Below, piece after piece: positions 36,652-48,536 of a stretch of DNA of 64,000 bases (positions are counted from its first letter, which is position 1; each line of letters starts with the position of its first letter). Origin of the DNA: Oligoflexia bacterium (lineage in GTDB: Bacteria > Bdellovibrionota > UBA1018); contig JAMPXJ010000007.1 in the NCBI GenBank assembly GCA_023701205.1, positions 261 through 64,260 on the forward strand, given 5' to 3'. Made by a program: the position numbers and the translations under genes. The notes below the pieces were generated by a model, which had not been told where the DNA came from, searched no databases, and worked only from the letters and a program-made list of their open reading frames with translations.

Positions 36652-39600
36652 TTGGTTTCCCCTTCGGACGAGGTGCCGCCGTGCAGCTTGGCCAGGTGCT
36701 GGTAGAACTCGTAACGCTGGTTCACGAGCTGCTGCGCGGAAGCCTGCAGTTTCTGAGCCTGCTCCGGTGCCGAGGATTCCAGCATCCGGTAGCGGATCTC
36801 GTTCTCGATGTAACGCTTGAGGGGGACCTTCGGGGCCGTGGAGTCGAGCCGGAGCGCCGGTTCCGAAGTGCCCACGCGCCGGGGGTCGAAGCGGAAGAGC
36901 GGCCAGTGGCCCGAGTCAACCGCGAGCTTCTGCTGCTCCAGACCCTTCTGTAACCCGTAACCGTGGGCGATGCAGTGGGAGTAGGCGATGATAATCGAGG
37001 TGCCCGGGAAGCTCTCGGCTTCGGTGAACGCCTTGACCGTCTGGATATCCTTGGCGCCGAAGGCCACGCGCGCGACATAGGCATTGCCATAGCTCATGGC
37101 AATGAGGCCCAGGTCCTTCTTCGGCGTGACCTTGCCGGCGACCGCGAACTTGGCCGAGGCCCCCATCGGGGTCGACTTCGAGGCCTGGCCGCCGGTGTTG
37201 GAATAAACCTCGGTGTCCATGACCAGGATGTTGACCTTGCGGCCCATCGCCAGCACGTGGTCCAGGCCGCCGTAGCCGATGTCGTAGGCCCAGCCGTCGC
37301 CGCCCACGATCCAGACGCTCTTCTGGACGAGGTAATCCGCCAGGAGCTCGAGCCGCCGCGCGGCCGGATCCCGGTGGGAGACGAGCTTCTTGCGCAGCTC
37401 GAGCACGCGCTCGCGCTGCTGCTGAATCCCGGTCTCGGTCGACTGATCGGCCGAAAGGAGCTGGGTCACGAGCGTATCGCCGAGCGCACCCGAGAGCTTC
37501 TTGACGAGCTCCTGAGCCTGCTCGACGTGCTTGTCGAGCGCCACGCGCATTCCGAAGCCGTACTCGGCGTTGTCCTCGAAGAGCGAGTTCGACCAGGCCG
37601 GGCCGCGGCCCTGCGAGTTGCAGGTGTAAGGCGTCGTCGGCAGGTTCCCGCCATAGATCGAGGAGCAGCCCGTGGCGTTCGCGATGTAGAGGCGATCGCC
37701 GTAGAGCTGGGTGAGCAGCTTGATATAGGGCGTTTCGCCGCAACCCGCGCACGCGCCCGAGTATTCGAAGAGGGGCTCGAGGAACTGCGTGGTCTTGGTG
37801 TCGCCCGTCATGACCGAGCGGTCGCGATAAGGCAGCTTGAGGAAGAACTCGTAGTTCTCGCGTTCCACCTCGCGGATCGGCTCCTGGGGCGCGAGGTTGA
37901 TGGCCTTGTCCTTGGGATTGGCCTTGTCCTTCACCGGGCAGACCTGGATGCAGACGCCGCAGCCGGTGCAGTCCTCGGGCGCGACCTGGAGCGAGTACTT
38001 CAGGCCGGGATGCTCGTTGGACTTGAAATCCACGGCTTTGAAGGACGCCGGCGCTTCGGAAAGGTGCGCAGGCTCGTAGATGGCGGGACGGATCGCCGCG
38101 TGCGGGCAGACAAACGCGCATTTATTGCACTGGATGCAGATCTTCTCGTTCCAGACCGGGATCTCCAGACCGACGTTGCGCTTCTCCCAGCGGGTCGTGC
38201 CCATGGGCCAGGTGCCGTCGACGGGGAAGGCGCTGACCGGCAGCAGATCGCCCTGGCCGGCCATCATGACTGAGGTGACGCGCTTGACGAATTCGGGCGC
38301 GTGCTCGGAGACGATCGGGGGCTTGGTGCGGGTGGAATCGGCTTTCGCGGGGACGCGCACCTCATGCAGCGCCGCGAGCGTCTGGTCGACCGCTTCGAAG
38401 TTGCGTGCGATCACGTCGGCGCCCTTCTTGGCGTAGGTTTTCTCGATGGCCTTCTTGATCTGCTTGATGGCGTCCTCGCGCGGGAGGACGCCCGAGATGG
38501 CGAAGAAGCAGGTCTGCATGATCGTGTTGATCCGGCCGCCCATTCCCGTCGCGCGCGCGACGGAGTAGGCGTCGATGACGTAGACCTTGAGCTTTTTCGC
38601 GATGATCTGCTGCTGGTTCTCCCGCGAGAGCCGGTCCCAGACCTGATCTTTGGCGTAGGCGGAGTTCAGCAGCAGGACCGCGCCCTCGGCGGCGGGGCCG
38701 AGCACGTCATATTTGTCGAGGAAGTCCCATTGATGGCAGGCGACGAAGTTCGCCCGGGTCACGAGATAGGAGGACTGGATGGGGTTCGGGCCGAAGCGCA
38801 GGTGCGAGATCGTGATCGCGCCGGATTTCTTCGAGTCGTAAACGAAGTAGCCTTGCGCGAAGTTCTCCGTCTCCTCGCCGATGATCTTGATGGAGTTCTT
38901 GTTGGCGCCCACCGTGCCGTCGGCGCCCAGGCCGAAGAACACGCAGCGGGCGACCTCGCGCGGCTCGATGTCGAAGTTCGTGTCAAACGGCAGCGAAGTG
39001 CCCGAGACGTCGTCGTGGATGCCCACGGTGAAATGGTTCTTGGGATGCTCCTTGCGGAGCTCGTCAAAGACCGCCTTGACCATGGCCGGGGTGAATTCCT
39101 TGGAGGACAGGCCGTAGCGCCCGCCGATGACCCGCGGGAATTTCGCGAGAGACCCTTCGGCCTGCGCTTCGCTGAGCCCCGTGATCACATCCTGATAGAG
39201 CGGCTCGCCCAGGGCGCCGGGCTCTTTGGTGCGATCCAGCACCGCGAGCGCGCGGACGCTCTTCGGGAGCGCGGCGAGCAGGTGCCGCGTGGAGAACGGG
39301 CGGAAAAGGCGAACCTTGAGCACGCCGACTTTCTCGCCTTTCGCGGTGAGCGCATTCACCGTCTCGTGCGCGGTCTCGGCGCCCGAGCCCATGAGCACGA
39401 CCACGCGCTCGGCTTCGGGATGACCGGCGTAATCGAACGGCCGGTACTTACGGCCGGTGAGCTTCGCGAGCTTTTCGAAGGCTTCCTCCACCCGCGCCGG
39501 GATCGAATCGTAATACGGGTTGCACGCCTCGCGCGCCTGGAAGAACACGTCCGGATTCTGGGCCGTGCCCCGGATCCGGGGCTGGTCGGGCGTGAGGGCG

Positions 39601-40235
39601 AGCTGACGGAAACGCTCGATGTCCTCGGCGGGCACGAGTTCCGCCAAAGCGGCGTCTTCGAGCATCTGGATCTTCGCCACCTCATGCGAGGTGCGGAAGC
39701 CGTCGAAGAAATGAAGGAAGGGCACGCGGGACTTGAGCGTGACAGAGTGGGACACGGCCGCGAAGTCATGGGCCTCCTGGACGGAGCCCGAGCAGAGCAT
39801 GGCGAAGCCGATCTGCCGGCAGGCCATCACGTCGGAGTGATCGCCGAAGATCGAGAGCGCGTGGGTCGCGAGCGTGCGCGCGGAAACGTGCATGCAGAAC
39901 GGCGTGAGCTCGCCCGCGATCTTGTACATGTTGGGAATCATGAGCAGCAGGCCCTGCGAGGCCGTGAAGGTCGTCGAAAGCGACCCGGCCTGGAGCATGC
40001 CATGGATCGCGCCGGCGACGCCGCCTTCGGATTGCATCTCGACCAGGTGGGGAACGGTTCCCCAGAGGTTCGGCAGCTCGCGCGAGGACCACTCGTCGGC
40101 GAACTCGGCCATCGTCGAGGAGGGGGTGATCGGGTAGATCGCGATCGTTTCGGAGAGGCGATAGGCAACGGAGGCGGCCGCCTCATTGCCATCCAGGGTG
40201 GAGGCTCGAGAGGAAATCGTGTTGTGGTGGGTCAT
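36648..40235 (-). CDS. nifJ: pyruvate:ferredoxin (flavodoxin) oxidoreductase, single-chain PFOR
   Basis: 1195 aa. The N-terminus AASVAYRLSETIAIYPITPSS is the pyruvate-flavodoxin oxidoreductase start. An internal ferredoxin domain carries two CxxCxxCxxxCP motifs, and a C-terminal TPP-binding domain is present. Confidence 0.95.
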   Translation of the reverse strand: MTHHNTISSRASTLDGNEAAASVAYRLSETIAIYPITPSSTMAEFADEWSSRELPNLWGTVPHLVEMQSEGGVAGAIHGMLQAGSLSTTFTASQGLLLMIPNMYKIAGELTPFCMHVSARTLATHALSIFGDHSDVMACRQIGFAMLCSGSVQEAHDFAAVSHSVTLKSRVPFLHFFDGFRTSHEVAKIQMLEDAALAELVPAEDIERFRQLALTPDQPRIRGTAQNPDVFFQAREACNPYYDSIPARVEEAFEKLAKLTGRKYRPFDYAGHPEAERVVVLMGSGAETAHETVNALTAKGEKVGVLKVRLFRPFSTRHLLAALPKSVRALAVLDRTKEPGALGEPLYQDVITGLSEAQAEGSLAKFPRVIGGRYGLSSKEFTPAMVKAVFDELRKEHPKNHFTVGIHDDVSGTSLPFDTNFDIEPREVARCVFFGLGADGTVGANKNSIKIIGEETENFAQGYFVYDSKKSGAITISHLRFGPNPIQSSYLVTRANFVACHQWDFLDKYDVLGPAAEGAVLLLNSAYAKDQVWDRLSRENQQQIIAKKLKVYVIDAYSVARATGMGGRINTIMQTCFFAISGVLPREDAIKQIKKAIEKTYAKKGADVIARNFEAVDQTLAALHEVRVPAKADSTRTKPPIVSEHAPEFVKRVTSVMMAGQGDLLPVSAFPVDGTWPMGTTRWEKRNVGLEIPVWNEKICIQCNKCAFVCPHAAIRPAIYEPAHLSEAPASFKAVDFKSNEHPGLKYSLQVAPEDCTGCGVCIQVCPVKDKANPKDKAINLAPQEPIREVERENYEFFLKLPYRDRSVMTGDTKTTQFLEPLFEYSGACAGCGETPYIKLLTQLYGDRLYIANATGCSSIYGGNLPTTPYTCNSQGRGPAWSNSLFEDNAEYGFGMRVALDKHVEQAQELVKKLSGALGDTLVTQLLSADQSTETGIQQQRERVLELRKKLVSHRDPAARRLELLADYLVQKSVWIVGGDGWAYDIGYGGLDHVLAMGRKVNILVMDTEVYSNTGGQASKSTPMGASAKFAVAGKVTPKKDLGLIAMSYGNAYVARVAFGAKDIQTVKAFTEAESFPGTSIIIAYSHCIAHGYGLQKGLEQQKLAVDSGHWPLFRFDPRRVGTSEPALRLDSTAPKVPLKRYIENEIRYRMLESSAPEQAQKLQASAQQLVNQRYEFYQHLAKLHGGTSSEGETK

Positions 40236-40278
40236 CCGTCTTTCTTATCTCAGAACGCTTGAATTTGAAACCCGCAGG

Positions 40279-40884
40279 TCAGGTCCCCGCCGGGCCCTTC
40301 CAGCCGATCGCGATGAAGAAAATCTCTTTGCTCTCCTTGCGGGTGCTCTCCGGGCGAAGCGCCTCGACTCGCTGGAAGCGCGCGCGGAGCTGGTCCCGGA
40401 ACGGCTCGAAGCCCTCGCTATGAAAGAGCTTGCAGACGAAATGGCCCCGCGGTCGCAGAAACCGCTCGGCCGTGGAGAGCGCCAGCTCGCAGAGCTCCAG
40501 CGAGCGGGCCTGGTCGGTGACCCGGATTCCCGTGGTTTTTGGGGCCATATCCGAGAGCACAACATCGAAGGGAGGGGCGATCCCGTTTTCCTCCATCACC
40601 TTGCCCACATCGAGATCGCGCATGTCGGCGGCGATGAAAAGGGCATTGGGCATCGTGAGTTTCACGGTCTGAAGGTCAATGCCAAGGACTCGGCCCCGAG
40701 GGCCTACTTTCTGGGAGCAGTACTGAGACCAGGAGCCCGGCGCCGCGCCGAGGTCAAGCACCTTGTAGCCGCTCTTCAGAAGGTGGAAGCGCTCGTCGAT
40801 CTCCTGGAGCTTGAAGATCGAGCGCGCGGCGTAGTTCTCCTTTTTGGCTTTCTTGAAGAAGTAGTCTTTCTGGTTATAAGCCAT
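40279..40884 (-). CDS. rlmE: 23S rRNA (uridine2552-2'-O)-methyltransferase RlmE/FtsJ
   Basis: SIFKLQEIDERFHLLKSGYKVLDLGAAPGSWSQY matches the FtsJ SAM-MTase signature. Length is 201 aa. Confidence 0.9.
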   Translation of the reverse strand: MAYNQKDYFFKKAKKENYAARSIFKLQEIDERFHLLKSGYKVLDLGAAPGSWSQYCSQKVGPRGRVLGIDLQTVKLTMPNALFIAADMRDLDVGKVMEENGIAPPFDVVLSDMAPKTTGIRVTDQARSLELCELALSTAERFLRPRGHFVCKLFHSEGFEPFRDQLRARFQRVEALRPESTRKESKEIFFIAIGWKGPAGT

Positions 40885-41803
40885 CGCGATAAACCTCGGA
40901 GTAATCCAGCACGGGCTCGACGCAGCAGTCGGCTCGCTCGAAAAGCGGCGCCCACGCCGGCCAAGGGCGGGAGGCGAACGCGGCCTGGACCCGCGCGATC
41001 ACCTGTCGCCCTCTTTCACCCGTGGCATATCCTTCTCCGCTCAAATCCGAAAGACCCAAGATCCCGCAGACGGTTCGCCAGTATTTTTCCTCAAGCGCGC
41101 CGACGGCGACCCTTCGGCCGTCGGCCGCGGCGTACAGCCGATAGCAGGGATAGAGCCCCGAAAATAGCGTGCGTCCCGGCAGCGGCGGCTCGCCCGTCGC
41201 GCGGTACTCGCGCGCCAGGCGGCTCTGGATCGCGCGAAGCGTGTCGTAGAAGCTCATCACCACTCGCGAAGGCTCCCCGCCGCGGGCGACCCGATCGAGG
41301 GCGGCCAGAAGCGAGAACGCCCCGTCGTAAGCGCCGAAGAGCTCCGCGAGCGGCAGGCCCGGCATCTCATCGAAGAGCGAGAGCATCCCCGTGAGGGCTT
41401 CGAAGTTCAGATCGTGCCCAGCGCGGCCCGCGCGCGCGTCGCCTTCGGGGAATCCCACGAGGCTCAGGATGCAGAGGCGCGGGTTCACCGCGCGCAGGCT
41501 GGCCTCGTCCAGCCCGAGCTTGAGCCGCGTGGCGGGACGGAAGCCCTCGATCAACGCGTCGGCCCTGCCGAGGAGCCCGTGAAAGCGCGCGCGGTCGGCT
41601 TCGCGAGTGAGGTTGAGCGGCACGAGCTCCTTCAGCTCGTTGAGATCGTCGTACAGGGTGCGGCCGAGCTGGCGCGCCGGGTCCGGCCGGTCGGGGCTTT
41701 CGACCTTGAGCACGCGCGCGCCCTTGAGCGCGAGCAGCTTGCCGATGAAGGGGCCCGGCAGCAGGGTCGAACAATCCAGGATGGTGCGGCCGCTGAGAGG
41801 CAT
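40874..41803 (-). CDS. CoA-transferase family III (CaiB/BaiF) protein
   Basis: RTILDCSTLLPGPFIGKLLALKGARVLKVESP and GHDLNFEALTG match the family III signatures. Confidence 0.7.
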   Translation of the reverse strand: MPLSGRTILDCSTLLPGPFIGKLLALKGARVLKVESPDRPDPARQLGRTLYDDLNELKELVPLNLTREADRARFHGLLGRADALIEGFRPATRLKLGLDEASLRAVNPRLCILSLVGFPEGDARAGRAGHDLNFEALTGMLSLFDEMPGLPLAELFGAYDGAFSLLAALDRVARGGEPSRVVMSFYDTLRAIQSRLAREYRATGEPPLPGRTLFSGLYPCYRLYAAADGRRVAVGALEEKYWRTVCGILGLSDLSGEGYATGERGRQVIARVQAAFASRPWPAWAPLFERADCCVEPVLDYSEVYRDGL

Positions 41804-41812
41804 CGGGACGCC

Positions 41813-43580
<1,768 letters not shown>

Positions 43581-44471
43581 TCACCACCGGTAGTGCCGGA
43601 TATGCTCGCCCCTTTCGGCGATCTCACTCATGGCTTTGATCCCGATATCCAGGTGCAGGTCGGTGAACTGGCGGAACACCGACTTCGCCGATTTCTTGGT
43701 CTTGATGCCGCCGCGCTTGAGCGGCAGGTCCGAGACCAGGAGCAGGGCGCCGATCGGCACCTTGCTGGCGAAGCCCGCGACGAACAACGTCGCGGTCTCC
43801 ATCTCGATCGCGAGAGCTCTTTCCTCGTACAACTGGGCCTTGAATCGGTTGTCGAATTCCCAGAAGCGATAATCGGTAGTATGGACGACTCCGGTTCGGT
43901 AATCCAAGCCCTTTTCGACGATGATCTGCGAAACGAATTTCTGGACCTTGAACGTCGGGAGCGCCGGCACCTGCGGCGGCATGAAGTGGCGCGAGGCGCC
44001 CTCGTCCCGGATCGCGGCCGTCGGCAGGATGAAATCGCCCTTCTTGAGCGAGCGATGGAGCCCGCCGCACATGCCGAGCAGGAGCACGGCCGTCGGGTCC
44101 ACCGTCGAAAGCGTCTCGATGATCAGCGCGGCGGTGGGCGAGCCGATCGAGAAATTCACGATGGAGACATTGGCCGTCTCGCTGTGGACGACGCTCATCG
44201 CGGAGCCCTGCGTGCGGCTGGTTCCGCAAAGGTCATTGAAGCGATCGAGATAATACTGGAAGTTGGTGAGGATGATCTGCTTGCGGAAGGTCTCGGGCGC
44301 GCTTCCGGTATAGCGCTCCAGGATATCGCGCGCTATCTTCTGTTTTTTCTCGTTGGCGTAAACGCGATTGTCGTTGGGTATAATGTAAGGATTGTCCTGA
44401 AAGGGGCTGGCAAAAGGGCTGGTCGGGCTGGGGGCCGGGTTGGATTTCCGTTTCGTTTTATTGTCTTGCAC
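43581..44471 (-). CDS. nucleoside phosphorylase-family (PNP_UDP_1 fold) protein, specificity unknown
   Basis: AVLLLGMCGGL...ERALAIEMETATLF resembles the MTAN/AMP-nucleosidase catalytic domain. A low-complexity N-terminal tail is present. Confidence 0.5.
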   Translation of the reverse strand: MQDNKTKRKSNPAPSPTSPFASPFQDNPYIIPNDNRVYANEKKQKIARDILERYTGSAPETFRKQIILTNFQYYLDRFNDLCGTSRTQGSAMSVVHSETANVSIVNFSIGSPTAALIIETLSTVDPTAVLLLGMCGGLHRSLKKGDFILPTAAIRDEGASRHFMPPQVPALPTFKVQKFVSQIIVEKGLDYRTGVVHTTDYRFWEFDNRFKAQLYEERALAIEMETATLFVAGFASKVPIGALLLVSDLPLKRGGIKTKKSAKSVFRQFTDLHLDIGIKAMSEIAERGEHIRHYRW

Positions 44472-44570
44472 CCGATTAGCTTACAGTTTGGAGTGCCCTG
44501 AAACAAGAGATAGTATGCTGAACTGCGGGGTCTTTGCGGGTTGTTACTCGCTGTGTTATAGGCGTCGACC

Positions 44571-45365
44571 ATGCTACGTTTCGTCTTCATCCTGAGCCTC
44601 CTGACCGTGGCTGCCGCCGCTGGGGCGGTTTGGACGGGGTACGGCTATCTCCGGACCGAGTTTCCGGACGTCACCCTTCTCGCCACCCGCTTTCCCGTGG
44701 TGACTTATCAGGGAAAGAATCGGTCGCCGCTCGTGCGACTCCAGAAGGGCAAGCCCGAAAGCTGGGTTTCGCTCGGCGAGGTTTCCCGGGTAGCCGTCGG
44801 GGCGATCATCGTGAGCGAGGATTGGGCATTCTACCGGCATAAGGGTTTCGACGCGAATCAGATCAAGGAAGCCGTTAAAGAGGACCTGGAGGAAGGGCGC
44901 TTCGCCCGCGGCGCCAGCACCATCACGCAGCAGGTGGTCAAGAACGTCTTTCTGGAAAAGGACAAGACCCTCTGGCGCAAGCTCAAGGAGCTGCTCCTGG
45001 CCGTCCGGCTCGAAAGCGCGGTCGGCAAGCGGAAGATCCTGGAGGCCTATCTGAATATCGCGGAGTGGGGCGAAGGCATCTACGGCCTGCGGGCGGCCGC
45101 GCGCCATTATTTCGGGAAGGAGCCCTCGGAGCTCAACGCCAAGGAAGGCGCGTTCCTCGCCATGCTTCTGCCGAGCCCGATCCGGTACGGGCAGTCCTTC
45201 CGCGCCAAGAAATTGACCGCCTATGCGGATCAGACCATCGACGCGATCATCGAGAAAATGACCCAGGCTCGCTACCTTTCGGATGAGGAACGGGTCGTGG
45301 AGCTCAACCGGCGGCTTCCCTTCGAGGAGGAGCCGCTCGAGGAACCGCAGGGCGCGACGCTTTGA
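44571..45365 (+). CDS. mtgA: monofunctional peptidoglycan glycosyltransferase (GT51)
   Basis: Signal anchor followed by IIVSEDWAFYRHKGFD, RGASTITQQVVKN and RKILEAYLN, the GT51 motifs. Confidence 0.85.
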   Translation: MLRFVFILSLLTVAAAAGAVWTGYGYLRTEFPDVTLLATRFPVVTYQGKNRSPLVRLQKGKPESWVSLGEVSRVAVGAIIVSEDWAFYRHKGFDANQIKEAVKEDLEEGRFARGASTITQQVVKNVFLEKDKTLWRKLKELLLAVRLESAVGKRKILEAYLNIAEWGEGIYGLRAAARHYFGKEPSELNAKEGAFLAMLLPSPIRYGQSFRAKKLTAYADQTIDAIIEKMTQARYLSDEERVVELNRRLPFEEEPLEEPQGATL

Positions 45366-45439
45366 AGCAGGAGGACAAGCTTGACTGCTTCGCGCGGATT
45401 GATGGACACTAGGGCACGAGGGAAAGGAAGCCCCAGAAG

Positions 45440-46723
45440 GTGTTGAGGACATTGAGGTTCGGAATGCTATTCGCCGCGATCGCGGCGGTTTCGTTCACGT
45501 CGTTCAGGCTTTTCGAGCCGGATACCGCTCCGTCCACGGCGGGAGTCACGCGCCCGGACACGACGAATGCGATCACCAAGGAACAAGTGGCCGAGGCGCT
45601 CGCCGATTCGGCGGTTTTTCACGAGTTCCCGAGCGAGATGGATTTCCAGATCGACTGGGACCGCACCGGAAGCCCGCATGAGCCCGCGCCAGGCAAGGGT
45701 ACGGTGCGCGGCGTGATCGATTACGCGTTCGATCCGCGGCTGCAGCACGAGATCGAAGGGCTCTTCCGGCTGTATCGTCCGGATTACGGCGCGTTTGTCG
45801 CCATGGACGCCGCCACGGGACAGGTCCTCGCGCTGGTGAGTTTCACCAGCCGGGGGGCAGAGCTGGGTCACCTCGCGCTCCGCTCGACTTTCCCCTCGGC
45901 TTCGGTCTTCAAGCTGGTCACGGCGGCGGCAGCGATCGAGGGCGGGAAATACACCGCCGAGACGGTCATTCCGTTCAACGGAGCCAATCATACGCTTTAT
46001 CGCAGCAATATCCTGCGGCCCCGGCATACGCGCTGGACCCGTTACACCACACTGAAGGACGCGTTCGGGAAATCGATCAACACCGTTTTCGGCCGGATCG
46101 GGGCTTTCTCCATCGAGCCCGAGGAGCTGCGCAACTATGCCGATCGCTTCGGCTTCAATCGCCGCATCGCCGCGGATCTGCCGATGGAGCCGGGCCGGGC
46201 GCCCATCGACTCCGACCCGTGGAAGCGCGCCGAGGCCGCTTCGGGTTACACCCGTGACAACACGATGAGCCCGCTGCAAGGCGCCCTGATGGCGGCCGCC
46301 GTGGTGAACGACGGCGCGATGATGGAGCCTTTCATCGTGCGCAACATCTATACCGAGGACGGCACGGAGCTCTACTCGGCCAAGCCGCGGCTGGCCACCC
46401 AGTCGGTCGACCCGCGCACGGCGGCCGAGATCCGCGCGTTGATGCGCGAAACCGTGACGCGCGGGACCTCGCGGAGAAGCTTTCAGAATTTTTTCCGGGG
46501 TCGGTTCTCGAGCCTGGACGTGGGTGGCAAGACGGGCTCGCTGACCGGCGCGGATCCCCGCGGCAAATATGACTGGTTCGTGGGCTATGCCGACGATGGC
46601 ACGCGCAAGATCGCGCTGGCGTCGCTGACGATCCACGAGAAGCTTTGGCGCGTCAAGTCCTCTTATCTCGCGCGTCGCGCGATCGAGACTTATTTCAGGA
46701 GCCATGAAGTCGCCGCGCAGTAG
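45440..46723 (+). CDS. transpeptidase-only penicillin-binding protein (class-A-like TP domain without GT51)
   Basis: SASVFK (SxxK), KSINTVF (SxN) and GKTGSLTG (KTG). An N-terminal signal/TM is present. Confidence 0.7.
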   Translation: MLRTLRFGMLFAAIAAVSFTSFRLFEPDTAPSTAGVTRPDTTNAITKEQVAEALADSAVFHEFPSEMDFQIDWDRTGSPHEPAPGKGTVRGVIDYAFDPRLQHEIEGLFRLYRPDYGAFVAMDAATGQVLALVSFTSRGAELGHLALRSTFPSASVFKLVTAAAAIEGGKYTAETVIPFNGANHTLYRSNILRPRHTRWTRYTTLKDAFGKSINTVFGRIGAFSIEPEELRNYADRFGFNRRIAADLPMEPGRAPIDSDPWKRAEAASGYTRDNTMSPLQGALMAAAVVNDGAMMEPFIVRNIYTEDGTELYSAKPRLATQSVDPRTAAEIRALMRETVTRGTSRRSFQNFFRGRFSSLDVGGKTGSLTGADPRGKYDWFVGYADDGTRKIALASLTIHEKLWRVKSSYLARRAIETYFRSHEVAAQ

Positions 46724-46753
46724 CAGGGTTCCCGTTATGCTATAGGCGATGGC

Positions 46754-48493
46754 GTGAGCCCGCCGATCCCGAAAGACAGCGATGAACATTTCGGATTCCG
46801 CCGATGGCGAGCCTTCGCGGAGGCGCTCCCGATCGCCTTGCTGATCGGGGTTTTTTACTGGTTCTTCGATGCCTGGATCCATTCGGCGCTGACCGGACGC
46901 GATTTCCGCGCGCTGGCTTTCGCTCCGGTTCCCGTGGACCTGACCCCCCGGATCCTCGTGCTCCTCGGGGCGCTCGTCGTGACGGTGCTCAATCGGGTGC
47001 TGCGCAACGAGCGGCGGCGGTCGCTGCTGATGCGCTTCGCGGTCGATCATGCCGGGGACGCGGTCCTGATCGTCAGGGAGGACGCGAGGATCCTCTACGC
47101 CAATGAAGCGGCGGCCGCGCACTTCGGCTATCCGCGCGAGGAACTTCTGGAGATGGGCGTCACGGATCTCGATCCGGGGTACGGCACCGCGGTCTGGCCC
47201 CGGCACTGGCGCGAGCTACGCGAGCGGAGGGTGATGCGTCTGGAGACGTTCCACCGGAAGCGAGGAGGCGAGCTTCGAGCCGTCGAGGTCACCGCGCGTT
47301 TCCTGCGCTTCCGCGATCTCGAGCTGAACTGCGCGTTCATCCGCGACATCAGCGAGCGCAAGAAGGCGGAGCAGGATCTCAGGAAGGAAGAGGAGCGGGT
47401 ACGATCGCTGCTGGAATCCACGGGCGAGGGGATCATCGGGGTCGATGCCGGCGGGCTTTGCACCTTCGTGAACCCGACGGCCCTGGCCATTCTCGGCTAC
47501 TCCAAGGCGGAGGAGATGCTGGGCAAGGACGCGCACGCGCTGGTCCACCACTCCCGCCCGGACGGATCGCCCCTTCCCAGATCGGAGTGCCGCGCGCTCG
47601 CGGCCCTCGAGCGCAAGGCGGGGATCCACGTCGACGGCGACGTGTTCTGGCGCCAGGATGGGCGGAGCTTCGAGGTCGAATACCGCCTTCATCCGATCCT
47701 GCGCGAGGGCAAGACGGTCGGGGGAGTCTATGCGTTCTCCGACGTCTCGGAGCGCAAGAAGTCCGAACGCGAGCTTCGGGAGACGGCCGCGAAGCTCCGG
47801 GAGGCGAACCGGCTCAAGGATCTGTTCACCGATATTCTGCGCCACGACCTCATGAATCCGGCCGCGGCGGTGCGATCCTCGGCCCAGCTGCTTTCCCGGA
47901 TCGAGGACGATCCCCGCAAGTCCAAGCTCGTGGCCAACATCCTCCGCAGCAGCGACAACCTGATCGAGCTTTGCGAGAACGCGGCGAGGTACGCCAGAGG
48001 GGCGGGTCCGCAGGCCCTCGACTTCGTGGAGCGGGACCTTTGCGCGCTGATCGAACGGTCGATCCGGGATCTCGAGCCCCAGATGCGCGAGCGGGAGGTC
48101 CGGATCCGCTTCGATCGCCCCGCGACCTGCGGCGCCGAGCTCAATCCCGTGATCGTCGACGTCTTCTCGAACCTCATCTCGAACGCCGTCAAATACGGAC
48201 CCAAGGGCGGCGAGATCGGGATCGCGCTCGAGGACGAAGGCGAAGCCTGGGTAGTCTCGGTGAGCGACCAGGGGGAGGGAATTCCCGACGAGCACAAGAC
48301 GCGGATCTTCTCGCGCTTCGAGCGCCTCGAAAAGCAAGGAGTGAAAGGTTCCGGCCTCGGCCTCGCCATCGCCAAGCAGCTGGTGGATCTGCACTCGGGA
48401 GCGATCTGGGTGGAGGACGGTCCCGGAGGGGGCAGTATCTTCCGGGTCCGCCTTCCGAAGAGGATTCCGACGCCGTTGCGCGCGGCGGGCTGA
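46754..48493 (+). CDS. sensor histidine kinase with two PAS domains (orphan, no adjacent response regulator)
   Basis: TM N-terminus, then PAS-like repeats. The HisKA H-box is ILRHDLMNP and the HATPase G-boxes are GEGIPDE and GSGLGLAI. Confidence 0.8.
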   Translation: MSPPIPKDSDEHFGFRRWRAFAEALPIALLIGVFYWFFDAWIHSALTGRDFRALAFAPVPVDLTPRILVLLGALVVTVLNRVLRNERRRSLLMRFAVDHAGDAVLIVREDARILYANEAAAAHFGYPREELLEMGVTDLDPGYGTAVWPRHWRELRERRVMRLETFHRKRGGELRAVEVTARFLRFRDLELNCAFIRDISERKKAEQDLRKEEERVRSLLESTGEGIIGVDAGGLCTFVNPTALAILGYSKAEEMLGKDAHALVHHSRPDGSPLPRSECRALAALERKAGIHVDGDVFWRQDGRSFEVEYRLHPILREGKTVGGVYAFSDVSERKKSERELRETAAKLREANRLKDLFTDILRHDLMNPAAAVRSSAQLLSRIEDDPRKSKLVANILRSSDNLIELCENAARYARGAGPQALDFVERDLCALIERSIRDLEPQMREREVRIRFDRPATCGAELNPVIVDVFSNLISNAVKYGPKGGEIGIALEDEGEAWVVSVSDQGEGIPDEHKTRIFSRFERLEKQGVKGSGLGLAIAKQLVDLHSGAIWVEDGPGGGSIFRVRLPKRIPTPLRAAG

Positions 48494-48536
48494 ACGGCGC
48501 GGGCGTATCCGCCCGTTGCTGTGCTAAGAACGAGAC

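Noticed and set aside
38301-40262. 653-aa ORF antisense to PFOR, plus other antisense ORFs at 36963..38273 and 36916..38121
   Set aside because: They lie entirely within the PFOR coding region on the other strand, have no motifs, and show G+C-driven codon bias.
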